Shown here: positions 14,801 through 29,800 of the stretch, one piece after another
Position numbering within the stretch: position 1 is the first letter of the stretch
Layout of the letters: the number at the start of each line of letters is the position of its first letter
Origin: Antedon mediterranea
Lineage: Eukaryota; Animalia; Echinodermata
Direction: 5' to 3'
Length of the DNA: 64,000 nucleotides
Assembly (NCBI RefSeq): GCF_964355755.1
Contig: NC_092672.1
Location: 19,357,237 to 19,421,236 of the forward strand
Translations under genes and position numbers: made by a program
Notes under the pieces: model-generated
Database searches by the model: none
What the model saw: the letters and a program-made list of their open reading frames with translations, nothing else
What the model was told of the DNA's origin: nothing

Positions 14801-17800
14801 TATGAAAAGTGCTAAAAAAGAATAACAAATGCTTGGTAAATTGTAGATAACAGTGCGGTGAATTCTACTACAAATAGTATAATTGTGTTGTTATAAATAT
14901 GTGGATGGACGTTTATTAGATAGTTGGGTTGGAGGGGGGTTGGGTTTATTATTCAAAGTGATGTTTTATTGGAGAGGCGTTTATTCAAATGAATACCATC
15001 CTAATAATTATTAATACATTATTTAATTTAATCATCTTTTGAAACTAACTGCCGTGACAGAGTGGGCCCAAGAAAGAAGACATTACGGCTTGCAACATGG
15101 GCAGACATCTCGGTCCTAACGGGACACAGGAAGATAGCCTACAGTTATTCCTGCAAGCTTACTCAATAAAACTCAGCTATCGGGATTTCACTCGAAAAAT
15201 GTCTTATCATCAAATCTCCCTATGTAATTTTATAATACTATTCCCCACAATATATTCTGATTCTTTATGGCGTATATTTAATTTGATCTTTATTAATTTG
15301 CAGTATAATTCCTATTATTTAACTACTGTACCTTCACACACGCGCGCGGTATGTTTTAAAATAAACAAAAAACTGAAATGGCTATGACTAATGGCCAACC
15401 ACTCCTACTATCTGATTTTTTTTTTCGTCTTCCAAAGGGACACTGTATTGATTGATGGAAAGTGCCTGTTTCCAGTCACCTTTAGGGTCAAATCTATTAT
15501 TTTAACTGCTCCCTTGTGTTTAAAAGAGAGAAAATATTTGAAACTAAGGTTGTTGCAAGGTGAACTTATCTTAAACCCGGAAATTACTTTGACCGGGAAG
15601 AATTGAAATTGAGAGGAAAATCTAATGTTGAAATCATAAATGTTGTTAAAAAACTCTTTATAATATCTTCCTAAGATATAAACATGGATCAATAGCGTCG
15701 CCGTGAACACTAATGTTATCAAATCTACGTTTCGCGGTACATCTCGGATAGATAAGGTAGGTATCCAAGGCGGAGATTTGTACCGAAGTTTTTGCATTGT
15801 GCTCGCATATGTCAGAATTAACCATAATTTATATATAGATGCAGAGAATAATTTGCAAGCATATTAATTATATTGAACATAATGAACAACTACAGTACCT
15901 AAAAGGTAGTCTTCTTTATTGTACCTTTTTAATATCCTAGATGTGAGTAAAGGTACTTTAGAAGAATCCTCTCTCACTTCTCATCTGTTGTGCTGGCATA
16001 CATATCTTATTTGTTTTATTCTTTGACTTCATTTACCGTATATTTTCGTTTACTCAAGGAAATAGTAGGAGGAATGGGGAGGGTTGTTTAATCCAAATTA
16101 TGTACTATGGGGGCGTTTATTTGTGGGGGATTATTCAAAAGAGCGAAGTTTTTTTTCTGTTTTTTTTGTCCACTTGCCTTATTTTAGGTCTTGAAATTTA
16201 AAATGAATATTTGATTAAAAGAATTTATAAGAAAATGATGAAAATGAGAGCCTCTGTTTGTGCTGTACACTTTTATGTATTAAACAGTATAGTTGTAAAA
16301 CAAAATGAGAGCCTCTGTTTAGGCTGTACACTTTTATGTATTTAACAGTATAGTTGTAAAAGTAAATGTTAATGATAATGGTTTATTACATTCTATAGAC
16401 TTAAATTATGCATGGCTACGTATGGCTGTGTATTAATTATAAAAACAGTTTAATTTTATATTAATACCAAACCTGTTGGATAATCATTTTACTAATATAA
16501 AAAAAAAGTGTATTGTTTAATAATATTTTGCTTTTATAAATAATCATAGTTTTACTAAATAAAATACCAAAAATTAATGAATATATTATTTGAACTTTTT
16601 CATAAGTACGTTTTTTTTAAATCAATTTTTATCGTCAGTTTACTGCCATCGACATATTTTATTTAATTGTATTTTTAAAAATGTATATGAATGTAAATGT
16701 GGTTACTTCTTAACATCAAAATAATCTTAGTCTTATGTATATACTGTTCAAAAGATATGTATTTTTTTAACAATGTACCTTATAAATAAGAGAATTATAT
16801 AAATGTGCATATATACATATATTATTTATATTTATAGAACTATAATAAAAGTGGGACGAACCCACACAAGACAAAAAAAAATGAATATATTATTTAAAAT
16901 ATTTATTATTCTAATACAACAACAGAAATTAGTTTTGCTTATTATTAGTCTGTGAATCTTTTTAGTTTCTTTGTAATAATAGTTAATTCTTGTTTATATT
17001 GTTTTAAAAGTATTTGTACTAGAAACATATTAGTTTAATAGTATTTTTAATGATTTAATTAACACAGTAGGCTGTAATTTTTTATAGTTGTATGCCTAAT
17101 TACCATCTAGGTCGTCCCCACAGATGGTTCTCGAATACACAGTAATTTCAGCGTAAAAAACTGGCGATTTCAAATGTACCTACCGTAGGACTATAATACA
17201 TTGCCGTTTACAGAAACGAATAAATAGACACGATGATTTATGTAGTCAACTAAAATTAGCACCCTGAGAATGCTCGATTTACCGAATTGTGCCCTTATGC
17301 AAATTAATTATTATACTAAAATATAAGAAATTAAGACTATTTGTACACATTTTGTACATCATTGGTTTTTTTATACCATTAGAATTATAAAGTGTTTAAA
17401 ATTTATTAATTGATAACATATAAGGTTATTGGCCTCACATAAACTACACACACAGTGAGCAAATCTAACATGTTGAAGCAATGCAAAAAAGCTTCGCTTT
17501 TAACCTCTTCTTTTTAACAACTGTAACTCAAGCATTAATATTCTGACTGGTATATCCAAATATGGTAGTGATGATTACTACCGAGCAGTATTACCAAATC
17601 AACAAACCGAGTTAAAAACCCGTTTTTCTGCCGATAACAGGCCATGCTCTAACATATTTGGCGTAGCACCCAAGTCTATCGAAGTGTAATGTTGAAGAAG
17701 TCTTCAAGGAACTTGAATTTGGTACGATGATCTGCCAAGACACGAACATCTTCATTCCGAGCTTCAGTGATGGAAGCGACTGTGTAAAATTAGCGGATCC

Positions 17801-20800
17801 AGATGTGTTCCCGAATGTGCGTGCACTTCTTCTAATCGCGTAGGCCCTATGCCCGTAACGTCTGCTGAAGCTGAGCGGAGTTTTTCGACTTTATGGAGAA
17901 CGAAAACCTGTTTGCAAAATCACATGTCTTATGAGCAGCTTTCGGGATTGTGCCTCATTAACATACACTTTAACATGAACATTAATTAATAATACAGAGA
18001 ATGTCATTCGCGAATTCTGTCTCCAAGCCAAGAAGAATGTTCCAAACTTATGTTTAAAGATGCATCACGCGATGTCTAGAGCGCTGTTATAGTAACTAAC
18101 GTAAAATGTATGATAATAATTTAGAAGTTAGTTATTACAATTATGTATAAGTATCACCTATACTATACATTCGAACAAAATAGGTATATTTTTAAACAAA
18201 ATATTGTATATGTTCTGGGTATGATAAGCGTCTCACATACACACGGAGCCAAGATAGCTTCTTGGACTTGCACAGTGTATGAACTCTATAACCTTACGGT
18301 TCTCAATAATATCACTCCATGCTATCATTCTAATATCTTTTTTCAAACTTTTGCATCTCTACGTTCATTTCATGCAACTTTTGTATTGGTGAAAAGGAAG
18401 GAATTCAAATAATTCCTCCTGAGTTTACAGCCTCTCTACACAAATCAACAAACAAGCAAGAAAAAAAGTGTTTGTCTGTGGCAGCCTGGAATATAAAAAT
18501 GTTGTTTTTTGTTTTCTTTGTTTCAGTTTATTAGTGTTAACATTGTCATATTTGTTTGTGCGTAAACCGATTCAAATGATCTAGATTGCCCTAGACCGCC
18601 AAAGCTTCCAGGGGGCGAAGCCCCCTGGACCCCAACCGGGGGCCCTTGGCGGCCCCCTGGCCCCCAGCCCATGGTTGCTCGCTTCGCTCGCAAAATACTC
18701 ACATATTGGTTGACCCCCCCCCTTTAATTCTTTGCTGGCTGCGCCCCTGATTATGTGGATATTTTATTGTTGATACAAAAAATCGGAGGAAATTGCATTT
18801 CTGCGGGAAAGTAAGAGATGACATGAAATATCTTCTGCAGTCATTAGAAGAGTTGGGAGGACTGAAGTATACATATTACTAATAATCATAATGCAAGGAT
18901 TATTTTGTTTTCCGTGCAATAATCACTACATTTAATCACTACATTTAGGCCTACTGTAACATAGCACTATTATTAGAGTGCTATAAAACCATATAACGAT
19001 TAGCAAACATAGAACTGATTTGTTTTACAATTTTCTATGTCATACAAATACAAAACAAAGAGCAAATTTTATTCACACACAAAAATAAGTACATTTGCTC
19101 TGTAAATTGGACATTTTTGGCCAAACACGTTTTTTATTTAAAGACTTGTAATAATTAGGTGGCACTCAATATTTCATCGTTCACACCAGCAGTTGATTGA
19201 ATGTAATTTTTAAATATTATCTACTCAACAATATGTTCCATTTGTATAATGTACAGTAAGCATTAATAAACTTTTACATTATTTTTTCTTTGCGCATCTA
19301 AATACCCTATAAAGTTTTAATACACATGTGGTTGATAACCACAATAAATAAAATATAGATAAATTGCCAGACATGATATACTCTACACATTCTCCCGATT
19401 CTAAATTGGTACACATACAGGGCCCACAGGGTCTTTCTGTTTCACTACATGAAACTGGTACTGCTATTTCTACAAAGCAATCTCACTATTTTAATAAATT
19501 CCGAAACTTATTAAAAAGGTGAGATTCTATGGTGCTTTCTGTCTGCAAATAACTTTCTCAATTCCCATAATTCAGACAACAATGAATAAAAATAAACATA
19601 AAGAAATATGTTTTAAAGACAGTTTTAATTATTGTTCTTTCTTCATTAAATGATATTTTTTAAATTGATATTCTATTTAATAATTTTAGAAATAAAGATT
19701 TATTATCAATTATTTTTGTTTAAAAATCAGTAGTAAACATTTTGTGTAACATAAATATAGTTTGAATTACTATAGACAATAGTACTATGCATATTCTGAG
19801 TGGCATTACTCCCTAAGGTTGGAGTGACCCACTCATACCCCAAACATTTCAGTGAACAAAAAATATATAATTTTCCATGAGCCTTCATCGTACAACAGCC
19901 GCCGACAAACGTACTCACTAATCAAACAATTCCTCATCTATACACACCCCGTTCGGCAAAAATATTTGAACATTATTGATATATCTGATAGTACTATACT
20001 CGGCCTCTACGTTGAAAGCTGCATACATATCTCATAGACTCTCTGTGTACATACCCAGTTTGAGTTTACAAATTACCATTTAGACTCTATTCCCAGACTT
20101 GCTTTGAGGTATCCACATGCCCAGTCCATGGAGGTAAAAAATAATTTTTTTTTTACCTCCATTCCCTCTCCATGTTTCCAAATACACATTTTTAAGCCTT
20201 AGAAAACGTTAAACATTTTTTTCCGCCTTAGTAGACTTACTGTAGCTTCCCCATGGTAAATGTTTCCCAATACTTTCGTCCTTTTGAATATAACTGCCTA
20301 AAGGTGTGGCGCGAAAATTATTGTTTACTTTTTGAAAATTAACTTTTGCATTTATTTTATTTACTGAAGTATAAATAATGATGATGGGATAAGCATATAA
20401 TTATGGAACAAACTGCACTTTATTTGTTTATTGGTATACTCCTGGTGAACATGGTCTACTAGGAAAGTTTTAGCCTCAGTGAATATTATTCACATCCTAT
20501 ACACAATGTATATCATTCCACTGTTTGTCTTCAGTGTTCATCAAAATAATATATTAATATTTATTAGCTTGTTATAAAATCATTAGTTGTAGGATTTATA
20601 TAGATACTTTTTAGTTCAATCTGTTTTAAATGTCGGTATATATACATGTGAATAAATAATGTTTATTTCTTTGTTATAATTACTGTATAATGATTTATTT
20701 CAAGTGATTTTTTTTTATATCTTTGAATTAAAAAGAATAACAATTTTTATGAATTTGTTTTAATGTAAATTTTATTAATTTTGTGTAAGTCAATTCAATA

Positions 20801-23800
20801 AGTATATAATATAACAGAAATAATAAAGATCTTAAAATCTATTAAACTGTATAAATGTTAAGTTTGCATTTCTTATGTACTGTATTGATTTTCAGATTCA
20901 ATATTTTTCACATTGATATTTTTTACATTGATATGATTTGTTAGGTTCTTGGTATTCTGGCATCAGCCCGGGGGGGGTCACTTTTAAATATTTCCATACG
21001 GGGAGGTGCCGCATTTACGGGTATATTTTCGAGGGCCTGGTAGCACAAGTGTGGGAAAATATGAAGAGTTGGTAGCACAAGTGTGGGAAATGACAGGGTG
21101 AAATTAGTAGTTTAAGTCCCTAGCCCGCCCACCCGTGTCAAAATGTCATTATTTATCGCCAAATTTTTTCAGGTATTTTAGCATACTGGATGCTATAAGC
21201 CCATCGCGGGGCCTATCGCTAAATACCTTTGAATAGGCCTAGAGTTTTCGCATCAGCAGAAGAACACGAAACATCCAGCCTAGGACAAAATCATTCAACT
21301 GTGACCACTCTTGATCATCGACTCGTCATGCACGTTCGTGATTTTTCCATGAACGGTCTCTTTGGCCATGCGCAGATCATGCTGGGAAGAACCAGTACAA
21401 ATTTATTTTGCGCCCTCTCTGGCGTGGCCTTGTTTCTACCGTTTTTTTTAGAGAACACTGGATTTTGGTAAATGGTAGTTCAAGTCCGTAGTATTTTTCA
21501 GTAAAACAGGTAGCGCAAGTGCCTCATGTCTTGAAGTGGCTGCTGCACCTCCCCGTTTGGTTTATATACAAGTGACCCCCCCGGGGGCATCAGCCAAACC
21601 TTTACCCATTTTAATTCTCTGACAGGCTTGAGCTATCAAGGGAGGTATAAAAATGGTCATGGTATTTCTAAAAACTGTCCATTTGATCTAACAACTTAAA
21701 AAAATTAAAACAAATATGGTTCAAAAAGATGTGTACAATTAAATTGTCCATCTTTTTTTTTTATCAGATTAACTCAAGATTAACATTGTTACAATCAATA
21801 TTTAGACTAATATGCTACACTTGCAAGAACTTGTACTAGTTAAACTCCACCACCACACAATAGAGCAATGAACTATTCTTTGCTCTAAAGGATAATTAAC
21901 ATAATGAAGTTAGGTAAACATGCCCCTGAAAGTAAAAGTTTGTATGCCAAACCTTCAATAATTTAATATTTAAAAAAATTTATATAAATAAAACTAAAAT
22001 GTGATTGATAATTTAAATACCAGCAACAACATTTTGACATTAAAATTGAAATAATACAAAATTGTATAAAAGTATATAACATAATTATCATATTTTTATA
22101 AAAATGTATACAAAAGTAGAAATCAAATTCTGAAAACTAATTTGACTTGGTTACATTGCGTATGATGATGCAGTAAATAGTTGCAAATTGATTTTTGTAA
22201 AGTAACCCTCTGTATAAATTACATACCAAATGAATATGTGCAACTGTAAGATATATACAGTATAACCAATATTGTATGTATTTCATATTATAGGATGGTT
22301 GGACAGCTTTGCATGATGCAGCAGCTAATGGACACACAGCCTGCTGCAGCCTGCTGGTGAATGCAGGAGCAGGTGTCAATCTATCAAGCAAAGTAAGTCA
22401 TCTTCATTATTATTCATTGTCATTTTTAAATATATAACATTTTATATTTTAAACATAATGATCTTCTGGGTAATAATATTTAATGTATAAAACTCCATTG
22501 ATGCTGAAAGAAATTGGCATAATTTGAAGATCAATATATTTTTTCTCTGATACTAGTCATGAAAATTGCTATGACACTACATTAACATTTTGTCATGTAT
22601 TTCCATTGAACAATTAAAACAATGGAAATGATAGTGTCAATTTTACTTAACTAAACTACAGCAACATGCTATATGCACAATTGAAATATATCATCCTTAT
22701 TCCAAAGTGTTGATATACAGTATTAAAATTTAAACAGTATTATGAACACTACAATTTTTAAAAATTTTAATATTTCTTTAGATCATTATGATTTTGTATA
22801 TCTTAAAAGTTCATTTTTTACCAAAATGTTTTAATAACTTTTGAAACACTATGATTCTACCTACATTATCAAATGCAGCATTCGACAGCTTGCAAAGAAA
22901 TTGAAAAACACATTTTTTGTGCAAATTTGCTGTTCTGACATAGCTTAATAGATGAAGGTGAATCAAACAATGCCCCAGCTCAAAAGGCGCTTATTATCAG
23001 TCTTCCGGTTTAGGAGGAGTCACAGTAACAAATGTTAAGTTGTATAATATAGATTGGCTTGCTACTCATATTAGTCATTGTTGGTCAATATTTGCCTATT
23101 TTTGTCTTATTAAAAATCTGAAGTATTCTACCTATTTTTGGGTTATTTAAAATTGTTTGTTGATTTTGTTTTTTAAATCGTTAAATTGTGCGTAGTGCTA
23201 CCAATTTGAAAGGTATTAAATTTAAAAGCAATGCCAAGACTGGAATTCTGTTTGGATATCATAGATGAAATACCCTTGTAGCATCGCAAAGATATCATTT
23301 TTGATAGATGAATTTGACAATTGGAAAAAAAAAGACATTGTTTGGTATCAAATTGGTGGCAAATGCTACCATACATTTTTGGAAAGCTTAGTATGTCTAC
23401 TTTTTAGAAATCCATGATAGCAATGCCAATTGTACAGCTTAATAATTTATGATTATATAACACCGCCTACAGAAAATATGCAACACAAAATCTTGGGGTA
23501 GGTGGTAGTGTAATTTTGCAAGTCCAACAATTATTGACAACATTAGAGGTCAGAAGGTCATAGAAGTTTAATAAAAGTTGAAATTTTGTCTAATATTAAC
23601 TTTTGACAAAACAAATACAATATAAATCTTATGCAAACTGATGTTTTCATGAACATAGATCCAATGAACAAGAAAATTGAATTTAAAAAAAAAGAATATA
23701 CATTACAAATTGTTGTACATAGCAGCACATGTATGTGCCTGATTGAGGCAGGATCAGATGTAAATGTTACAGTCATGCACACTTGTATTTAAGTGTCTCA

Positions 23801-26800
23801 AGTAATTGTATAATTTTAACAAACTATTTAACTTTTTTTTCAAATTTAAAAAGTTTAGCTTCATTTTTCATAAAATCTACAAATTAAAGTAGTAAAGATG
23901 ATGATGGATGATGATATACAACAATTACAATACATTAGTTTATATTTTTTAATGACAGGTTTGCCAAATATAATTGTGGCACATTGCCGCATAATTACTG
24001 TAGATAAAACCTGTTTAAATTAAATTTGCTCATAAGAGCATTATTGTTCTACGGAGTGTGCCTTGAAGGCTTTGGTCTTTGCTCTATCATCCTCTGTACC
24101 CCATCGCTTGTAGTATAATATCCCACTACCCGGTCTGTGTTAAAGGCATCCCTGTATACTAATTCATATTATATTTACCTGCTTCAAATAAAAAAATGGA
24201 TAGCTAGATTGTTTTAAATTTAAAGAAATGCAGAGAATAATTTGCAAGCATATAATTATATTTGAACATAATGAACAAGTACCTAGAAGGTACAGTAGTC
24301 TTCTTTATTGTACCTTTTTAACATCCTAGATGTGGGTAAAGTACTTTCCAAGAATCCTCTCTCACTTCTCATCTGTTGTGCTGGCATACATATTTTATTT
24401 GTTTTATTCTTTGACTTCATTTATATATTATCTTTCATTTATATGTAATTGTGAAACATTCTAAGCATGCCATGAAAACATTTTATTATCTTATTTTATG
24501 CAATGTAATTATATTCTTCAATTAGGATCTTGATGTTTTTCAACAACAGCTAGCTATAGAAAGAAAGTTGATTGAATATAATTATATGTAAATTTTTCAG
24601 AAAATTCAGTCGATGATCACTGGTTTAAAAAAAAGAAATATTTGATACAGTATTTAAAATGAATTAATGAAAACAATTATGCATTTCTTCAATAGTCGCA
24701 AATGGTAACTGGCCTCTTAATTTATTTCAAAATGTACCCAACTTTGTCAATAAATGATCCAATATTGTGAAATAAGTAAATAATATTCTAATTTTAGCTA
24801 TTAATTATGTGAAAATCATTCAATTTGAGGCCTCTAATATTAATCTCATATTAGTAAACATGTCCTGATCAATTTTAAATTTCAGTGCTAAATAAACTTG
24901 TCTCCTAAATCTAAAACTTAGTTTTCTTCATCTTTCTGAGATAAAACATTGTTTGAATGCCTTTCTGATGAATTTGACAGTAAAACAAAGGTAATTTCAT
25001 TGCAAACCATTGTTTATATCACCATAGTTAATACAGTTTTAAAGAAAACTGAATAGGCCAAATTTGTTTCATGTCCAGGATTTGAATTTTTTATTTTTTA
25101 TTTGAGAAATGTACAAAATATGTGAAAGATGGTCTTACAGTTCAGTTGTGTTTACATACCTTAGAGTGTGTAATAAATGCTTCATTTTTATTTTTTTTTA
25201 TTACTATTAAAAGATACAATGTAGCTAATAAATTAGAAAGTCTTCAATCTACAAAATTTGATTATAAAGGAAATATGAAACTAATTAACATTTTTTTTAA
25301 TTTATTTTATCTTTCATATGTTATTAATCTATGATTTATATATACTACAGCTTGTGTATCTGACAGTGTTCTTTCTTCTTTATTTTAAATTAAAAAACGC
25401 CAGTTTGGAGCAATGTTAAATGATCAAAGCTAAACATAATTGTCAAAAATAATAATTATAATACAGTTAACCTTTCCACCTATGTACTGTAATTATTATT
25501 TACAAACTTTTTACAAATGCTGGTAAAATCATCACTAAGTTTGTTTACACTTGATATACTTACTTTCTGCCATGTAAATTATAATATTTAAAGTACTATG
25601 TTATTTCAAAATTACATGGAACAATAAAGTTATTGATTAATCATTAATACTCCTCACACTTTTTTAAATTTTATTAATCAAATACTGTAATTTAATAATA
25701 TTGATAATGTGCCAAATTGTTAAGTTAAATTGAGATTTGCTATTCTCTTAAAAACAAAAAACCAATATATTCTTACATAATTTATTTTAAATTGTATTTT
25801 TAAGTGTATATGGTCATTATTACAGTTATGATCATACTTCAGTTGAAAATAATTTCCATTAAACAATTCTACAAGAGAAGGAGCACAATACATGCAATGG
25901 CTTTCTTTAACTTACCAGTATTTTCAGTTAATTTATTGCAATTATATCCTGCATTAATATCATTGCAATTATTATACTACTATATAATTTGTATTCAAGC
26001 AAATTATGTAGTTAGACAGGGGTAATAATGTCAGCTGCATTACATCAAATCAAGAAATTTTAATACAATTACACTGCTAGAAACAATGGTCAATCCAATT
26101 GTGGTCCCAATATGTCCTTCATAAAGAATGGGAAAATAATAATAATAATGGATAAATAAATGACAAATATTGTTTATTATTATTATAACTTTAAAATCAT
26201 AGCACATGGGCAGTACTCACCAATTTTCATATTTGTTGCTCATACCAAAATGTAAAACCACTAATGCTAGAGAATTTATTTGTTACAGACTTATGGCAAA
26301 ATCAGCATTGTATTAAACTATCGCATGGAAGTTTTCAAATAATATATACTATGGCCCTGTTTCTTCTGCCAAGAATATACACACTGTATATTATTTTATA
26401 TGGTATTTTTTGTGGCAGCAGAAATGGGTCTCATAAAAAATATACTGTATAAATATACCGTATAATCTTGATCATTATCGATATCGTTATCTCTGATATT
26501 TTATCATACTGTATATTTCTTGCACCTTTCTGCTGCGTCATGAATATACCATCTATATTGTTCACCCATAACACAAGGTTTGTTGAGCATACCCTACTTA
26601 GAACAATTACTAAAATGTCACAGTGGACTGAAAATCTTAAGATATTTGCTCTATTTAAATGTGATAGAACCGAGGTTTCAGGGTAATAGGAGATGTGGGG
26701 TTTGGTTGTCGTCAAAACAAGTGAACAGTAAGCAGTACAAAACAGCAAAGGACAATGACTGAAAGTTAGGTAGACACGGGGTTATTCGGTCCCATATGGG

Positions 26801-29800
26801 ATTTTACGGGATCGAACCATAGCTATCTATTCCTCAATCCATATAATCCCACAAAGTAGTTTTCAAAGGAAACGGGTCACCGAATTATAATTCTAATATA
26901 TTATTACGTTATGTTTATGCCGTACATATTGTAGCAGAAACAGAGCCTATCTTACATTAATGGCTCATTGGGATGACTAAAGGTTGGTATTAATAGTAAT
27001 ACCTAAGGGTAGACTCACAGCGTTAGGTTTGTTATCCAACACAAGGTAATCCTCTCTTGCTAGGGTTCCTATTAACGCAAATGGCGAGGCGTAACAGCTT
27101 CCTAACGGTAATCTGCAGCTTAGTTCACATACAAAAGTATGTACACTGCTTACATAACGCCACCATGAGTCTGAACATACCCTAAGACACTGAACAGTAC
27201 TATGTTTAAAAATAAAGGTGATTAATCAAAGGCTGATAACTCCATCACATAAAACTCCTAGAAAGTAGGAAGCCCTTTGTCCTCTTCCCTGACTGACTGA
27301 GCATATGATCTCTCTATTAATAATTTATATTGTAAACCTTATTATGTAAACAGAAATATCAATCAAAATTCTTCTTCACTAAAAAGTTTTTAAAGATATG
27401 CTACATTATTAGCAATTTACACCTAAATCCAGCCCTCAGTCTTAACCCTTTTCCAACATGCAATTTGTTTTTTGAGGATATTCACTACATTATTAGCAAA
27501 TTACCCCCTAAATCCACCCTTTTCCAACATGGCTGTTGAAAAAGTGTGTCATCCATTGGAATAGTTTTATTGCCAGTATTGCATGTCTGTGGATTTTCCA
27601 TCTGAATTGACATAGCAGCAATCAATCATTGTGCCACTTATGAATTTCATGTGTGAGAGCATTTCCGGCCATCTAGAGGTGTCATTTAACAAAATTTGCT
27701 TTAAATCCCGCTCCCTTTTCAGATCCTGGCTAAGGCCCTGGACATTTGGGCAATCCCCTTACGATAGTCCTGCTACCGCCCCTGTAAATAATTCTAAGCA
27801 TGTGAAACAAAATACTGATTATTGATTATTTGAAAGTGGATAATTTAAAAACATAAAATATGTTGGTATCACATGGATGACACACACACACAGAGTGATA
27901 TATCACTTTGTTAGTTTTTCTGCCTAGTGCTGCTATCTGTATCGTGGTATTCAAGCTTTAAAGTTTAAAAAAATTAAGATAAAATGAGTTGAATATTTAT
28001 TATTGAAATGAGTAATTATTATTCAATTACATAATAAAAAATTAGTTTTGATAGCTGAATTCAATTAGCTTGGTGTTTATGAACATTACTATTACTACAT
28101 TAATACATAACTTGCTTGCTCATCTTGATTGTGCTAAATACTTATGCTAGGGTTTTATTTCTAGATTTTTCGTCCTCTTTTAATTCTATACAATCAAGTA
28201 TTTTAATGAAATCAGTAAAACAGCTTAAAGAATAATAGGAACTAAAGAGAACACTAAAGATATTGTTAAAAGTGCAATAAGTAAAAAGTAATTATGTCGG
28301 ATGAGTATCACCCTTCCTCACCATTATCTTGTCTTTAGTAAGTCAGGGCGTTTAATATTGTTGGTGTTCCACTTTAGTGCTTGTTGACAATTAGGCTTAA
28401 ATATAGTTGTTACTGTGTGCAAAACAATATCAGTTTTTTGTGGCAACAGTGTACAGTTATATGCTCTAATTTAAAATATAATCTTTAATGTGTATTATTA
28501 TCAATACATAATGCTATACATTATGTTTTTTCATGCTATGGTCATAAATTTCCATTTGAAACACTTTATAAAACATTGAAAACAATAGTGCCTTCACCAT
28601 TTTATTAAATTAATATTTTTTTAAACAGTATTTAATCAATAGTATGTTATTTTGTAGGGTTTTAATGGTGTTTTCACTTATAAAATGACAAATAAATGGT
28701 TAAATTCAACAAAAACCCATTGGCTGGCAGCCAATTTGAACATTTTTTCTTTAAATTATTTATTTTGAAATTTTTTTTTCAGGGGCCATTGCATTTTTAA
28801 CAAAAAAACTTCAAAAACAAAAAAAATTTCACAAAGCTTCAATTGTTCTTACATGATTTTGTATTTTAAAAGCGCAATTTTTTAAACAAGTCACTTAAAT
28901 GCCCTATGATCCCTGTGTATTATAATGATCAAAGATGCTAGTTGTACTGAATATTTTAGTAATGACATGTTTTATTCATCATTTTTAGTAATGCATTTTG
29001 CCATACACTCTTTTATTATCAACACACTACCAACTCCGTCCACCATCTCCTCATCATTAAATAGTGAAGAGCAATGATATTAAAGGATGTAACTTAGACC
29101 CATATTAGACCCAATTTTAGTTTGTAATTATTGTTTCCATAATACATTACAAGGGCCTATACATTTTATATTACACAGTGCCCTCACTCATCATTTATTT
29201 TACTTAAATTCTGTTTATATTGTTAGCACTTTCAGTACCAGTGTACTGTTCAATAAAAACCCAAAAATCTGTACAAAATTTTATTTAATTTAATTTTTTT
29301 AGACCTTTTTTACAAAACAACTTTATTGAAATAGCATTTAAATTTTAAAAAAACTATTACCAGCATTAAACTAGATGATGATTTCATTTCATTATTCGGT
29401 CTATTTCAGTATATACAAAAAAAATGAAATTGGGGAGACCAGGGTCAACCTAAGTGAACTTAATCACTGAGACTCTAAGCTCACTATGTCGGTCGGTAGG
29501 TCGGTCGGTAAACACTAACTCAAATTTGCACACGTGACTAAAGCCATGTATACGGCCTTGTTAATCATCTATTTAAATAATAATAAATACAACATAGTAT
29601 AAAACTGACTCCAAATAACAATGATTCAACGTTTCAAACTTTATTTGATCATCATCAGGAATGATGATAAAATGTATTATTACTGATCCTCAAGTTTAAC
29701 TGGAAACTGAGGAAATTCGGATTAGGCCCTCCACGGATCCACGGCAGCCAGCAGTGCAGCGCCTACCAGATCAGCACACCGGGAGACGATCCCCTACTCT

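Larger units (their letters stand above)
20423..27078 (+). repeat. Segmental duplication copy B (contains ankyrin exon A2)
   Basis: Colinear and near-identical to 33687-40803, with many identical spurious ORFs in both copies. Confidence 0.97.

Noticed and set aside
22137-22391. Paired - strand ORFs (also 34769-35023) and other duplicated short ORFs in B/B'
   Set aside because: Antisense shadows of the ankyrin exons or chance ORFs copied by the duplication.
22855-22970. Second possible ankyrin relic (TLSNAAFDS...LIDEG)
   Set aside because: Spacing and similarity are too weak to distinguish from chance.
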